Shown: in pieces, positions 1 through 9,488 of the stretch
How positions within the stretch are numbered: position 1 is the first letter of the stretch
Layout of the letters: every line of letters begins with the position of its first letter
NCBI GenBank assembly: GCA_903920975.1
Contig: CAIXNZ010000023.1
Location: 1-52,105, forward strand
Origin: Candidatus Falkowbacteria bacterium
Lineage (GTDB): Bacteria > Patescibacteriota > Patescibacteriia > CAIXNZ01
Length of the DNA: 52,105 nt
Direction: 5' to 3'
Program-made: the position numbers and the translations under genes
The notes under the pieces: generated by a model
Database searches by the model: none
Told to the model about the DNA's origin: nothing
Seen by the model: the letters and a program-made list of their open reading frames with translations, nothing else

Positions 1-52
1 GAGAGTGAGCAAAAACAGGAGAAAAAATAATCTTAATTATAATTAATATTAT

Positions 53-538
53 ATGGCTTTAAAATTATACAATTTAAGACCGGCACGCGGAGCGAAAAAA
101 AATAAAAAGAGGATTGGACGCGGTGATTCGTCTGGTCATGGCAGCTATTCTACTCGCGGACAAAAAGGCCAGAGATCTAGAAGCGGTGGCCGTGGTGGTT
201 TGAAATTGAAAGGTTTGAAATCGGGTATCCAAAGTATTCCCAAATTAGGCGGTTTTAAAAGCTTAAAGCCAAAATTAGCCATTGTTAATTTGGATATTTT
301 GGCCAAAAATTATAGAAACGGCGATTTTGTTGATGCTTCAAGTTTATGGCAAAAGGGTTTATCTGATTCAAAATATGGTGTTAAAATATTGGGTAATGGT
401 ACAATTGATAAGAAGCTTACTATTGCCGGTTTAAAGATTTCTCAGTCCGCTGCCACAGCCATAGTCAAGGCTGGGGGTAAAGTAATTTTGCCAAAGAAAA
501 AAGAAGAAATTAAAAAAGAAACAGCCCAAAAGGCATAA
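53..538 (+). CDS. rplO: 50S ribosomal protein L15
   Basis: 161-aa ORF. Gly/Arg/Lys-rich N-terminus (GRGDSSGHG..GQKGQRSRSGG) typical of L15. Sits immediately upstream of secY as in the conserved spc cluster. Confidence 0.95.
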   Translation: MALKLYNLRPARGAKKNKKRIGRGDSSGHGSYSTRGQKGQRSRSGGRGGLKLKGLKSGIQSIPKLGGFKSLKPKLAIVNLDILAKNYRNGDFVDASSLWQKGLSDSKYGVKILGNGTIDKKLTIAGLKISQSAATAIVKAGGKVILPKKKEEIKKETAQKA

Positions 539-541
539 AAT

Positions 542-1816
542 ATGTTTGATAAAATTATTCAAATTTTTAAAATTAGGGATTTACGCCGTAGCATATTCTT
601 TGTGATAGGAATGCTGATCATTTTTAGAATAGCTGCTCATATTCCTCTGCCGGGTGTGGATTTGGTAAATTTGAAGGAATTTTTTAATTCTAGCCAAATT
701 TTTGGCTTGATTAACGTATTTTCAGGCGGATCTATGCAGAATTTTTCAGTCGTAGCCATGGGCGTTGGTCCTTATATTACTGCTTCAATTATTTTTCAAT
801 TGCTAATAATGATTATACCGAAGCTAGAAATGCTTTCTAAGGAACCGGGCGGTTATCAAAAAATTAATCAATGGACCAGAGTTGTAACCGTGCCCTTGGC
901 TATTTTGCAAGCTTATGGCATGATTTCTATACTTAGCCACCAATCATCTTATAAAATTATTAATTTCACGTCGCCTTTTGATCTTGCCAGTGCGCTTATT
1001 GCAATGATGGCTGGTACAGTGTTTCTTATGTGGATTGGTGAATTAATTTCTGAAAGAAAAATTGGGAATGGCATTTCTCTTATAATTTTCGCCGGTATTA
1101 TTGACAGATTGCCTCAAGTTGTTCAAAAAACTATTGTAGTCTTTGACCCAACACAAATTTTTAATCTCGTTCTTTTTGCAGCGATTGCTTTGATAACAAT
1201 CATCGTGGTTGTAATTATTAATGAAGGTACGCGCAATGTGCCGGTTTCTTATGCGCGTCATATTCGTGGTCATCGCATGTATGGTGGAACTAATACTTAC
1301 TTGCCCTTGCGCGTTAATATGGCTGGCGTAATTCCTATTATTTTTGCAATTTCTCTTATTATTTTTCCGCCGATGATAGCTAATTTCTTTATTAATGCTA
1401 AATCAAAGTTTTTGGTTGATGCCGCCCAATTTGTTATCAGTGTTTTCCAAAATCATTTAGTTTATGGAATTTTATATTTTGTCTTTGTTTTTGGTTTTAC
1501 TTATTTTTATACGGCTGTAATTTTTCATCCGCAACAAATAGCTGATAATTTACAAAAGCAGGGCGGTTTTATTCCGGGAATTAGACCCGGCAAACACACC
1601 GAAGACTATTTAGCTTTTGTTACAAACAGAATAATTTTTGCCGGCGCTTTATTTCTGGGCTTGATTGCAGTTTTGCCATTAATTGTTCAGGAATTTTCTG
1701 GCACCCTTAACTTAGTGATCGGTGGAACCAGTTTGTTAATCGTCGTCAGTGTGGTTATTGAAACAGTAAAACAAATTGAATCGCAATTAACCATGCGCGA
1801 TTACGAAGGTTTATAA
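542..1816 (+). CDS. secY: preprotein translocase subunit SecY
   Basis: 424-aa polytopic membrane ORF with SecY-like helices and the conserved rplO-secY-adk-map order. Confidence 0.95.
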   Translation: MFDKIIQIFKIRDLRRSIFFVIGMLIIFRIAAHIPLPGVDLVNLKEFFNSSQIFGLINVFSGGSMQNFSVVAMGVGPYITASIIFQLLIMIIPKLEMLSKEPGGYQKINQWTRVVTVPLAILQAYGMISILSHQSSYKIINFTSPFDLASALIAMMAGTVFLMWIGELISERKIGNGISLIIFAGIIDRLPQVVQKTIVVFDPTQIFNLVLFAAIALITIIVVVIINEGTRNVPVSYARHIRGHRMYGGTNTYLPLRVNMAGVIPIIFAISLIIFPPMIANFFINAKSKFLVDAAQFVISVFQNHLVYGILYFVFVFGFTYFYTAVIFHPQQIADNLQKQGGFIPGIRPGKHTEDYLAFVTNRIIFAGALFLGLIAVLPLIVQEFSGTLNLVIGGTSLLIVVSVVIETVKQIESQLTMRDYEGL

Positions 1817-1884
1817 TTTTTATCTTAAAACGACTATGATATAATAAAAAGGGAATAAATCCCTTTTTATTTTAATTACAAAAT

Positions 1885-2520
1885 ATGAATTTAATTTTAA
1901 TGGGTCCGCAGGGCTCTGGTAAGGGAACACAAGGTGAATTATTAGCAGAGAAATTTAAGCTGCCAACTGTATCTGCTGGCGCACTTTATCGTGATAATAT
2001 TCGGCGTAAAACCAAGTTGGGCAAATTGGCGGAAAAATTTACGACAAAAGGCGTTCTGGGTCCAAACTACCTGACAAACAATATGATGAAAGCTGAATTA
2101 AGTAAGTCCAAATATAATCACGGAGTTATCTTGGATGGTTTTCCTCGCAGTTTAAATCAAGCGAGATTTTTGTCGGGATTAAGAAAAATTGATTTAGCCA
2201 TTTTAATAGACATTAATCAGAAGGAAACTGTGAAGCGTTTGGGCGGTCGGCGCATCTGTTCAACTTGCGGCCAAACTCTTAATCTTTCTTTTGTCAAAGC
2301 GGCGTCTATTTGTAAAAAATGCGGTGGCAAACTGATTAGAAGAGTAGACGATTATCCCAAAGCGATAAAACAAAGATTGGCTGTCTATCGTAAAGAAACC
2401 AAGCCAGTCGTTGACTATTATAGAAAACAGGGTAAACTGATAAAAATCAACGGGCAAAAGCCGGTTAAGATTGTTTTTGCCCGCATCTTAAACGAATTTA
2501 AAAAAAGAGGCATAAAATAA
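1885..2520 (+). CDS. adk: adenylate kinase (zinc-lid type)
   Basis: P-loop GPQGSGKGTQ and a CxxC...CxxC lid (CSTCG...CKKCG). Confidence 0.93.
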   Translation: MNLILMGPQGSGKGTQGELLAEKFKLPTVSAGALYRDNIRRKTKLGKLAEKFTTKGVLGPNYLTNNMMKAELSKSKYNHGVILDGFPRSLNQARFLSGLRKIDLAILIDINQKETVKRLGGRRICSTCGQTLNLSFVKAASICKKCGGKLIRRVDDYPKAIKQRLAVYRKETKPVVDYYRKQGKLIKINGQKPVKIVFARILNEFKKRGIK

Positions 2521-3290
2521 TGATAATTTATAAAACGCAAAAAGAAATAGAAATCATGGCTATTGGCGGCAAGATTTTGTCAGAAGTGCTGGCTCAAGTA
2601 GTTGCCAAAGTAAAACCTGGTGTTGGCACAAAGGAATTGGATGGTTTGGCCGAAACCCTGATAAGAAAACGTGATGGTTTTCCGGCTTTTAAAAATTATA
2701 AAAGTGCGCCCGACCAAAGGCCATTTTCTTCAACTTTGTGTACTTCTGTAAATAACGAAGTCGTACATGGCAGCGCCACGCCCGACCGGATTTTAAAAGA
2801 AGGTGATATTATCGGTTTAGATATTGGCATGCAATATCAGGGGTATTTCACAGATATGGCCGTAACCGTGGGCGTAGGCGAAATCAGCAAAGATGCCCAA
2901 AGATTAATTGATATTACTAAAGGTGCGTTAAATCTAGCTATTGCCCAGGTTCGTGAGGGTAATCATTTAAGTGATATTGCAACGGCCATCCAGAAGCATG
3001 CGGAAAAGAATGGTTTTTCAGTGGTCAGAGAGTTAGTTGGTCATGGTGTGGGTAAAGAAGTCCATGAAGAGCCCAATGTGCCAAATTATGTAACCCAAGA
3101 AAGCAAGCAAATACAATTGAAAAAGGGTATGACTATAGCCATAGAGCCCATGATTAATGCCGGTGAATGGCAAGTAAATTTGTTGGATGATGGCTGGACT
3201 TTTGTGACTGAAGACGGCAGTTTATCAGCTCATTTTGAACATACGGTAGCCGTTGATTATAATGGTAATACTAGAATTTTGACTCAATAA
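2520..3290 (+). CDS. map: type I methionine aminopeptidase
   Basis: Metal-ligand pattern VVHG, DIGLD..D, GHGVG..HE, IEP, HFEH. The start overlaps the adk stop (TAATG). Confidence 0.93.
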   Translation: MIIYKTQKEIEIMAIGGKILSEVLAQVVAKVKPGVGTKELDGLAETLIRKRDGFPAFKNYKSAPDQRPFSSTLCTSVNNEVVHGSATPDRILKEGDIIGLDIGMQYQGYFTDMAVTVGVGEISKDAQRLIDITKGALNLAIAQVREGNHLSDIATAIQKHAEKNGFSVVRELVGHGVGKEVHEEPNVPNYVTQESKQIQLKKGMTIAIEPMINAGEWQVNLLDDGWTFVTEDGSLSAHFEHTVAVDYNGNTRILTQ

Positions 3291-3291
3291 T

Positions 3292-3708
3292 ATGTCTGAA
3301 TTTAAAATTACTCGAGATCAAAAAATTTTAGGTATTGATTATGGCGCCAATAAAATCGGCCTGGCTTTGGCTGATTTACAAACCAAGATTGCCACGCCAT
3401 ATAAAATTTTAATTAAAGAAAAAGATCCGATTGCCAAAATTAAAGAGATTTGTCAGCAAGAAAATATCGAAAAAATAATCGTAGGTCTGCCAATTGGTTT
3501 AAGGGGCGTTAATTCCGAACAATACAAAAAAGTTGCGGATTTTATTATTAAATTAAAACAAGAAATAAAATTAGAAATTATTGAACAAGATGAAAAAATG
3601 ACCAGCATTTACGCGCAGAAATTAATGAGGGAAACGAAAACAAGAAAACCAGATGATGCTGTGGCGGCGATGCTGATTTTGCAAAGTTATTTAGACGAAA
3701 AATTATAA
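3292..3708 (+). CDS. ruvX: YqgF/RuvX-family putative pre-16S rRNA nuclease / Holliday junction resolvase-like protein
   Basis: 138 aa with the N-terminal ILGIDYGxxxIGLALAD motif characteristic of YqgF. Confidence 0.8.
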   Translation: MSEFKITRDQKILGIDYGANKIGLALADLQTKIATPYKILIKEKDPIAKIKEICQQENIEKIIVGLPIGLRGVNSEQYKKVADFIIKLKQEIKLEIIEQDEKMTSIYAQKLMRETKTRKPDDAVAAMLILQSYLDEKL

Positions 3709-3710
3709 TT

Positions 3711-4496
3711 ATGGCGCAAACCTTTACGACAACCGGTTTAATACTAAAGCGTAGAGACTATCAGGAAAATGATAGGCTTTTTTATGTTTACACTAGGGAG
3801 CACGGCAAAATTGAACTGGTGGCCAAAGGTACGAAAAAAATTACCAGTAAATTAAACGCATATTTGGAGCCATTTTATTTGGTCAATCTAATGATCGCCA
3901 AGGGAAAATTTTTTGATAAATTAGCCAATGCCAACGTAATCAAGAATTATGAAAATTTGAGAAATGACAAAGACTTGGTTGGTTTTTTTATCATTAATTA
4001 TTTAACAGAGATTATCGATGCATTAATCGTCGGCCAAACTCCTCAAAATAAAAAATATGACTTACTTTTAGAATTGCTAGATATTTTGAATGAGCAAATT
4101 AAAAAGGACATACCGCATAAAAAAGAATTTTTATTAATGTTAACAAATATTTACGCCTTAAAGCTTCTTAATTTTCTTGGTTATCGTCCAGAAATTCAAA
4201 GATGCTTGATTTGTCATAAGGCGATTTTACTGACTAAAAATATTTTTGATTTTTCACGGGGCGGTGTAATATGCGAAGATTGTAAAAAAGTTTGTTTGAT
4301 TGAAGATTATATAAAAGTCTCTGATAGCGTTATCAAACTGTTACAATTAGCCGAGATAAATGATTTAAAATATTTTCTGGACATGGAAGCCAATCTGCCA
4401 GAAACTGATGAATATAATAAAGTTATACAGCGGTTACTGCTGGTCAATATGGAAAAACCAATAAAAAGCCAGGAATTTTACAAGATTGCCTCTTGA
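3711..4496 (+). CDS. recO: DNA repair protein RecO
   Basis: 261 aa. N-terminal OB-like region (GLILKRRDYQENDRL) and a C-terminal CxxC...CxxC zinc motif (CLICHK...CEDCKK). Confidence 0.8.
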   Translation: MAQTFTTTGLILKRRDYQENDRLFYVYTREHGKIELVAKGTKKITSKLNAYLEPFYLVNLMIAKGKFFDKLANANVIKNYENLRNDKDLVGFFIINYLTEIIDALIVGQTPQNKKYDLLLELLDILNEQIKKDIPHKKEFLLMLTNIYALKLLNFLGYRPEIQRCLICHKAILLTKNIFDFSRGGVICEDCKKVCLIEDYIKVSDSVIKLLQLAEINDLKYFLDMEANLPETDEYNKVIQRLLLVNMEKPIKSQEFYKIAS

Positions 4497-4513
4497 CGCG
4501 AGGCAATCTTTTT
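4484..4513 (+). terminator. recO intrinsic terminator whose loop is the -35 box of the pyrB promoter
   Basis: 9-bp stem gattgcctc / gaggcaatc (4484-4492 / 4500-4508), loop ttgacgc, then TTTTT. Confidence 0.6.
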
Positions 4514-4521
4514 GATAAGGT
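4493..4521 (+). promoter_or_regulatory. sigma70-type promoter of pyrB
   Basis: TTGACG, 17-nt spacer, then TGaTAAGGT (extended -10). The same architecture recurs upstream of pyrC, pyrK and the GIY-YIG gene. Confidence 0.6.
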
Positions 4522-4554
4522 CAAGCAAATAGAACTTTAAAAAGGAGGTATCTA

Positions 4555-5550
4555 ATGTTAGAAAAATTTTGGGGAGAACATGATGGCGTAGATTTTCCGC
4601 ATGTTGTTTTGGCTCAGCAATTTAGTAGGGAACAGTTGGAAAAGATTTTTATCCTGACAAGTATTTTAAAAAAAGAGATTGGCAATGGCAAAATGGTTGA
4701 GTGGCTTTATGGCCATATTGTCTTGACGCTTTTTTACGAACCGTCAACACGTACGCGTCTCTCGCATGAAACTGCGGCTCTGCGCTTGGGAGCTCGGGTT
4801 ATCTCCAGTGAAAACGCAGCAGAATTCTCATCAGCAATTAAGGGTGAGACGCTGGAAGACACGATTAAAATCGTTTCAGCAATGGCAGATCTTGTGGTGA
4901 TGCGCCATAAGGCAACTGGCTCAGCTCAAAAGGCAGCTTCGGTTAATGCTTCGCCAATTATTAACGGCGGTGATGGTCTGGGTCAGCATCCCACCCAAGC
5001 GCTTCTTGATGTATTTACCATTAATGAGCACTTTGGCAATGTCGATGGCTTGAAGGTTGCTATGGTTGGCGATCTTAAGCGCGGTCGGACCGTGCGTTCC
5101 TTGACCTACATGTTGTCGAAATTTAAGGGAGTGGAAATTTATTTTGTGGCGCCAAAAATCGCCCAGATGGGCGAAGATATCAAGAGGCATCTTGATGAAA
5201 ATAAAATCTGGTGGGGTGAGGAGGAAGAATTTCAAGAAGTCGCTTTAGAGGCCGATGTGATTTATATGACCAGATATCAGCTGGAAAGAGCAGTATCAGA
5301 GGAGGAAAGGCGCGAGCTGGAGGAAGTCAGTAAATCGCATATCATGAACCGCAATGTGGCCAATGATATGCCCGAGACTTCTATAATTATGCATCCGCTA
5401 CCGCGCGTGGAAGAAATTCGTTGGAGCGTAGACCAAAATCCGCGCGCCAAATATTTTGAGCAAGCGGCTAATGGTATATACATCCGCATGGCGTTGCTGC
5501 TCATGATCTTGAATCCTAGTAAGGCAGTTGAACTTTTGAATTCTAATTAA
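4555..5550 (+). CDS. pyrB: aspartate carbamoyltransferase catalytic subunit
   Basis: 331 aa with STRTR, HPTQ and HPLPR motifs. AGGAGG lies 7 nt upstream of the ATG. Confidence 0.92.
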   Translation: MLEKFWGEHDGVDFPHVVLAQQFSREQLEKIFILTSILKKEIGNGKMVEWLYGHIVLTLFYEPSTRTRLSHETAALRLGARVISSENAAEFSSAIKGETLEDTIKIVSAMADLVVMRHKATGSAQKAASVNASPIINGGDGLGQHPTQALLDVFTINEHFGNVDGLKVAMVGDLKRGRTVRSLTYMLSKFKGVEIYFVAPKIAQMGEDIKRHLDENKIWWGEEEEFQEVALEADVIYMTRYQLERAVSEEERRELEEVSKSHIMNRNVANDMPETSIIMHPLPRVEEIRWSVDQNPRAKYFEQAANGIYIRMALLLMILNPSKAVELLNSN

Positions 5551-5557
5551 AATAGCA

Positions 5558-5589
5558 AACCCCGAGCTTATATAGTTCGGGGTTTTTTC
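5558..5589 (+). terminator. pyrB intrinsic terminator
   Basis: Stem accccga / tcggggt followed by TTTTTT. Confidence 0.7.
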
Positions 5590-5590
5590 A

Positions 5591-5619
5591 TTGACAATCA
5601 TGATTTTTTATGATAAGGT
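5591..5619 (+). promoter_or_regulatory. sigma70-type promoter of pyrC
   Basis: TTGACA, 17-nt spacer, then TGaTAAGGT. The following 31 nt are nearly identical to the pyrB leader. Confidence 0.6.
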
Positions 5620-5658
5620 CAAGCAAATTGAACTTTAAAAATAAAAAGGAGGTTATGA

Positions 5659-6906
5659 ATGCCAAAATATTTACTGAAAAGCGGGAGAATTATAGATCCA
5701 GCTACTGACACTGATTTTTTTGGCGATGTTTTTATTGCTCATGGTCTAGTCCAAAAAATCGGGTTTAATTTTAATCCTGAGCAAGGCACTGAAATAATTG
5801 ATTGCACTGGCAAACTGATTACACCCGGTTTAATTGACATGCATGTGCATTTTCGCACGCCTGGCCAAAACCACAAAGAAATTCTTGAATCAGGCAGTTT
5901 GGCGGCACTGGCTGGCGGTTTTACCACTGTTGTGGCCATGGCCAACACCAGCCCGGCAATTGATTCGGCAGAAAAATTGCGTAACATTCTGCTGCTCGCA
6001 GAAAATAAGGCCTTTTGTCATTATTATCAGGTTGGGGCGGCAACCCTTGATTTAGCCGGAGAAGTGATCACTGATATCCCGGCTTTAAAAAGAGCAGGAG
6101 CCATTGCCATTAGTGATGATGGCAAAGCCATTCAGGAAGAAGCCATTTTAGGAGAAGTTTTGAAGCGTTGCAAAAATGAGCAGATTCCATTTTTGGTCCA
6201 CTGCGAGGCCGATGGCTATAATCCCGACTCAGTTTATCCCGAATATGCATATTTAGAAATTGTTTTGTCACTTGCTCAAAAATTAAAGGCACCGCTCCAT
6301 ATTCAGCATGTGAGTTGCGCTCGCTCACTGTCGTTGATTCGTCAGGCAAAAGATTGCGGCGTAGAGGTGACCTGTGAAACAGCACCGCATTATTTTTCCT
6401 TAGTCTCGGAATATGTGAAAAAAATCGGGACCAATGCCAAAATGAATCCGCCGCTTCGTACTGATAGTGACCGTACAATGGTTATTAGTCGTTTGAGTGA
6501 TAAACCCGCGACCATAGAAGTAATTGCCACTGACCATGCTCCGCATGCCAAAGCTGAAAAAGAAATTGATTTTGACAAAGCACCTAACGGCATCATTGGC
6601 TTGGAAACAGCCGTGCCTGTTTGTTTTTCCTACTTGAACAATAATCTTTTAGTACCTGATATCATTGCTAAGCTGACAATCAATCCGGCAAAAATTTTGG
6701 GTCTAAAAAATCAAGGAAGATTGGTCGAAGGATTGCCAGCTGACATTACGGTTATAGATCCTAAGCTGGAAAAGGTTGTTGAGGCTGATAAGTTTTACAG
6801 CCTGTCGCGCAATTGTCCCTGGAATGGTCATACTTTGACCAGTTGGCCGGTTATGACCATATTTAACGGCAAAATCGCCATGAAAGATGGAAAAATTTTG
6901 CTATAA
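5659..6906 (+). CDS. pyrC: dihydroorotase
   Basis: 415 aa amidohydrolase with DMHVHFR and ATDHAPH motifs. AGGAGG RBS. Confidence 0.9.
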   Translation: MPKYLLKSGRIIDPATDTDFFGDVFIAHGLVQKIGFNFNPEQGTEIIDCTGKLITPGLIDMHVHFRTPGQNHKEILESGSLAALAGGFTTVVAMANTSPAIDSAEKLRNILLLAENKAFCHYYQVGAATLDLAGEVITDIPALKRAGAIAISDDGKAIQEEAILGEVLKRCKNEQIPFLVHCEADGYNPDSVYPEYAYLEIVLSLAQKLKAPLHIQHVSCARSLSLIRQAKDCGVEVTCETAPHYFSLVSEYVKKIGTNAKMNPPLRTDSDRTMVISRLSDKPATIEVIATDHAPHAKAEKEIDFDKAPNGIIGLETAVPVCFSYLNNNLLVPDIIAKLTINPAKILGLKNQGRLVEGLPADITVIDPKLEKVVEADKFYSLSRNCPWNGHTLTSWPVMTIFNGKIAMKDGKILL

Positions 6907-6910
6907 TAAC

Positions 6911-6946
6911 AAGCCCCGTTTAAGAGTTTTAAGCGGGGCTTTTTTA
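6911..6946 (+). terminator. pyrC intrinsic terminator
   Basis: Stem agccccg...cggggct followed by TTTTTT. Confidence 0.7.
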
Positions 6947-6947
6947 A

Positions 6948-6976
6948 TTGACTTTTTAGGCTAATTTTGATAAGGT
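6948..6976 (+). promoter_or_regulatory. sigma70-type promoter of pyrK-pyrD-pyrF-pyrE
   Basis: TTGACT, 17-nt spacer, then TGaTAAGGT. Confidence 0.55.
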
Positions 6977-7022
6977 TTTACCACATTTGGACATTGAAAA
7001 AATAAAAATAAAAGGAGGAAAA

Positions 7023-7826
7023 ATGGAAGAAGCTAAGATCAATGTTTTAACTGCAGAAATTGTGAAAAATGAACAAATTACCAAGGATACATGGCAGATG
7101 ACATTGGACCCGGGATTTGATTTTGATGTTACGAATATCTCGCCAGGTCAATTTGTTTGCCTGCAACCTTTAGCATCCGATTCGGTAATGGCGAGACCTT
7201 TCAGTGTTTCCATGATCAGCACGTTTAATTGTACATTTGATATTCTTTACAGAACCGTCGGCAAAAATACTTTGCAGATGAGGCAACTGGTCAAGGGGCA
7301 GAGCATTAAATTCTGGGGACCTTTGGGCAATAGCGAAATTATCGATCCCAGTCCTTATGAAGAGGTTTGGTTAATTGGCGGCGGCATCGGAATAGCGCCG
7401 CTTCTTTTCTTCGAAAAAGTCATTACAGAATATCAGGATCATCGGGCCAGAGTATTTTATGGAGGCAAAGATATAAATGAAATGATGAATTTGGACCTTA
7501 TCACACCCGAACCAGTCGAAATCGCTACTGAAGATGGAACCCTCGGCTTTAAAGGTTTTATCACTGATTTATTTTCCGAAAGAATAATCATGAGGCTCGG
7601 AAAAATTCTGGTCATTACCTGTGGACCAAGTCCCATGATGAAGAAGGTGGCTGAAATTTGCGAGCAAAATAATGTTGATTGTTATGTGATCTTGGAAAAA
7701 ATTATGGCCTGTGGCATCTGTGTTTGTCTTGGCTGTTCGATTAAAACAACCCAGGGCATGAAAAGAATCTGCCACGATGGCCCGATATTTAATGCAAAGG
7801 AGGTGATCTGGAATGAACTCGGTTGA
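7023..7826 (+). CDS. pyrK: dihydroorotate dehydrogenase (class 1B) electron-transfer subunit
   Basis: FAD/NAD-binding fold plus a C-terminal 2Fe-2S cysteine cluster (CGICVCLGC...C). I place the start at ATG 7023, behind AAGGAGG, rather than at the TTG at 6987 in the ORF track. Confidence 0.85.
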   Translation: MEEAKINVLTAEIVKNEQITKDTWQMTLDPGFDFDVTNISPGQFVCLQPLASDSVMARPFSVSMISTFNCTFDILYRTVGKNTLQMRQLVKGQSIKFWGPLGNSEIIDPSPYEEVWLIGGGIGIAPLLFFEKVITEYQDHRARVFYGGKDINEMMNLDLITPEPVEIATEDGTLGFKGFITDLFSERIIMRLGKILVITCGPSPMMKKVAEICEQNNVDCYVILEKIMACGICVCLGCSIKTTQGMKRICHDGPIFNAKEVIWNELG

Positions 7827-8730
7827 TTTAAGCGTTGAAATCGCAGGTATAAAATTTCAAAATCCGATTATGCCGGCTTCTGGCTGCTTTGGCAATGCCG
7901 AAGAGTTTTTCCAGATAGAAGGCATGGATCTGACAAGGTTGGGGGCACTTGTTTCCAAGGGCACAACTCTTGAGGCTAGACCAGGTAATCCGCAGCCGCG
8001 TATTTTTGAAACACCAAGCGGCATGATCAATTTTATCGGGCTGGAAAATCCAGGCGTCGATGTCATGATTGCCGAAAAGATTCCGTTTATGGCTCAATTT
8101 GGCGTACCAATCATAATCAATGTCTCTGGATTTAGAATCCCTGATTATGCTTTGATGGCTAAAAAATTGAACAACGTTAAAGGAGTTTCTGCTTTGGAAA
8201 TAAATATCTCATGCCCCAATGTTAAAGACGGCGGAATTGCTTTTGGCTGTGATCCATTAATCGCCGCCGCAGTAGTTATTGCCGTTAGGCAGGAAACTAG
8301 CTTGCCCTTGATTGTGAAATTAACCCCCAATGTCACTAATATTGTGCCAATTGCTTTAGCGGTTCAAAATGCCGGAGCTAATGTGATTTCCATGATCAAC
8401 ACTTTGAAGGGATCCTTTATTTTTAAGGGGCAAATAATCCAAGGCGGTCTTTCTGGACCAGCCATTAAGCCTATTGCCTTGAATTTGATTTCACAAGTTG
8501 TGCAAGCAGTTGAAATTCCAATAATTGGCATGGGTGGTATTAGCAATTTGCAAGATGTCTTTGATTTTATCAGCGTTGGAGCCTCCGCCGTTGCTATTGG
8601 CACGGCGAATTTCAAGAATCCGCTTATTATGATGGAACTAATCCAAGAACTGGAGGATTATTGCCGAGCAAACGGGCTTGGCAATTTTATGAAGCTGAAA
8701 GAAAAAATAAAATCAAAAGGAGGTAAATAA
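7813..8730 (+). CDS. pyrD: dihydroorotate dehydrogenase, catalytic subunit (class 1B)
   Basis: 305 aa TIM-barrel with the NISCPN active-site Cys motif. Overlaps the pyrK 3' end by 14 nt. AAGGAGG RBS. Confidence 0.92.
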   Translation: MNSVDLSVEIAGIKFQNPIMPASGCFGNAEEFFQIEGMDLTRLGALVSKGTTLEARPGNPQPRIFETPSGMINFIGLENPGVDVMIAEKIPFMAQFGVPIIINVSGFRIPDYALMAKKLNNVKGVSALEINISCPNVKDGGIAFGCDPLIAAAVVIAVRQETSLPLIVKLTPNVTNIVPIALAVQNAGANVISMINTLKGSFIFKGQIIQGGLSGPAIKPIALNLISQVVQAVEIPIIGMGGISNLQDVFDFISVGASAVAIGTANFKNPLIMMELIQELEDYCRANGLGNFMKLKEKIKSKGGK

Positions 8731-9488
8731 TGAGGAATAAAATTGAGAAGCCAGAAGATCGTCTGATCATCGCAGCTGATTATGAATTAGGCACCTCAGG
8801 AGAACCAACTCATGCGGTATTGGAAAAAGTCATGGGCTTGGCAGAACAACTTCGCGGCATGGGAGTTTACATCAAAGTAAATTCCATTTTGAGAGCATGG
8901 GGTTATGATTTGATAAATCAGCTCCATGACAAGGGCTTGCGGGTGATGGCTGACCTTAAGCTGGTAGATATACCAGCAACCATGAAAATTGACGGCCAGC
9001 TTTTAGCCAGGGCAAAGCCAGAAATCGTCACTGTTATGGCAAATTCCGGCATTGAAGGCATGTCAGCAATTTCAGCCATTCTTCCAGATTCAGAGATTCT
9101 GGGAGTCACGGTGCTGACCTCTTTTGATGAGGAAGAATGCCAGCAGATATTTGCTTGTTCTTCAAAGGCCGGTGTTGTTCGATTTGCCCGCCTAGCCCAG
9201 CTAGCAGGCTGTGGAGGGCTGGTGCTTTCGCCAAAAGAAGTGGAGGTTGTCAGAAAGAGAAAGGAAATTTCTCTTTCAGTAAACACTCCGGGCATCAGGC
9301 CACTTTGGTCTTTTGTCGAAGGTGATGATCAGAAAAGAACCGGGACTCCTGAAGAAGTAATTCTGGCCGGTGGAGACAGGGTAATAATCGGCCGTCCTAT
9401 CACTCAGGCCAAAGATCCGTGCGGGGCCGCGAAAAAGACACTCGAAGAGATTCAGGCGGCATTAGAAAAGAAAGGAGGCGTGAAATGA
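8730..9488 (+). CDS. pyrF: orotidine 5'-phosphate decarboxylase
   Basis: DLKLVDIPATM (DxKxxDI) motif. The start overlaps the pyrD stop (TAATG). Confidence 0.88.
   Translation: MRNKIEKPEDRLIIAADYELGTSGEPTHAVLEKVMGLAEQLRGMGVYIKVNSILRAWGYDLINQLHDKGLRVMADLKLVDIPATMKIDGQLLARAKPEIVTVMANSGIEGMSAISAILPDSEILGVTVLTSFDEEECQQIFACSSKAGVVRFARLAQLAGCGGLVLSPKEVEVVRKRKEISLSVNTPGIRPLWSFVEGDDQKRTGTPEEVILAGGDRVIIGRPITQAKDPCGAAKKTLEEIQAALEKKGGVK

Noticed and set aside
1-30. Open frame ending in TAA 22 nt before rplO (ESEQKQEKK*). It could be the 3' end of rpmD or rpsE.
   Set aside because: Only 9 codons are visible, too short to support a call.
1838-1872. TGATATAAT box followed by a short aggga..tccct hairpin and T-run between secY and adk, considered as a promoter or terminator.
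   Set aside because: The stem is only 5 bp, and the two signals overlap in a way that makes either call weak. It is left unannotated.
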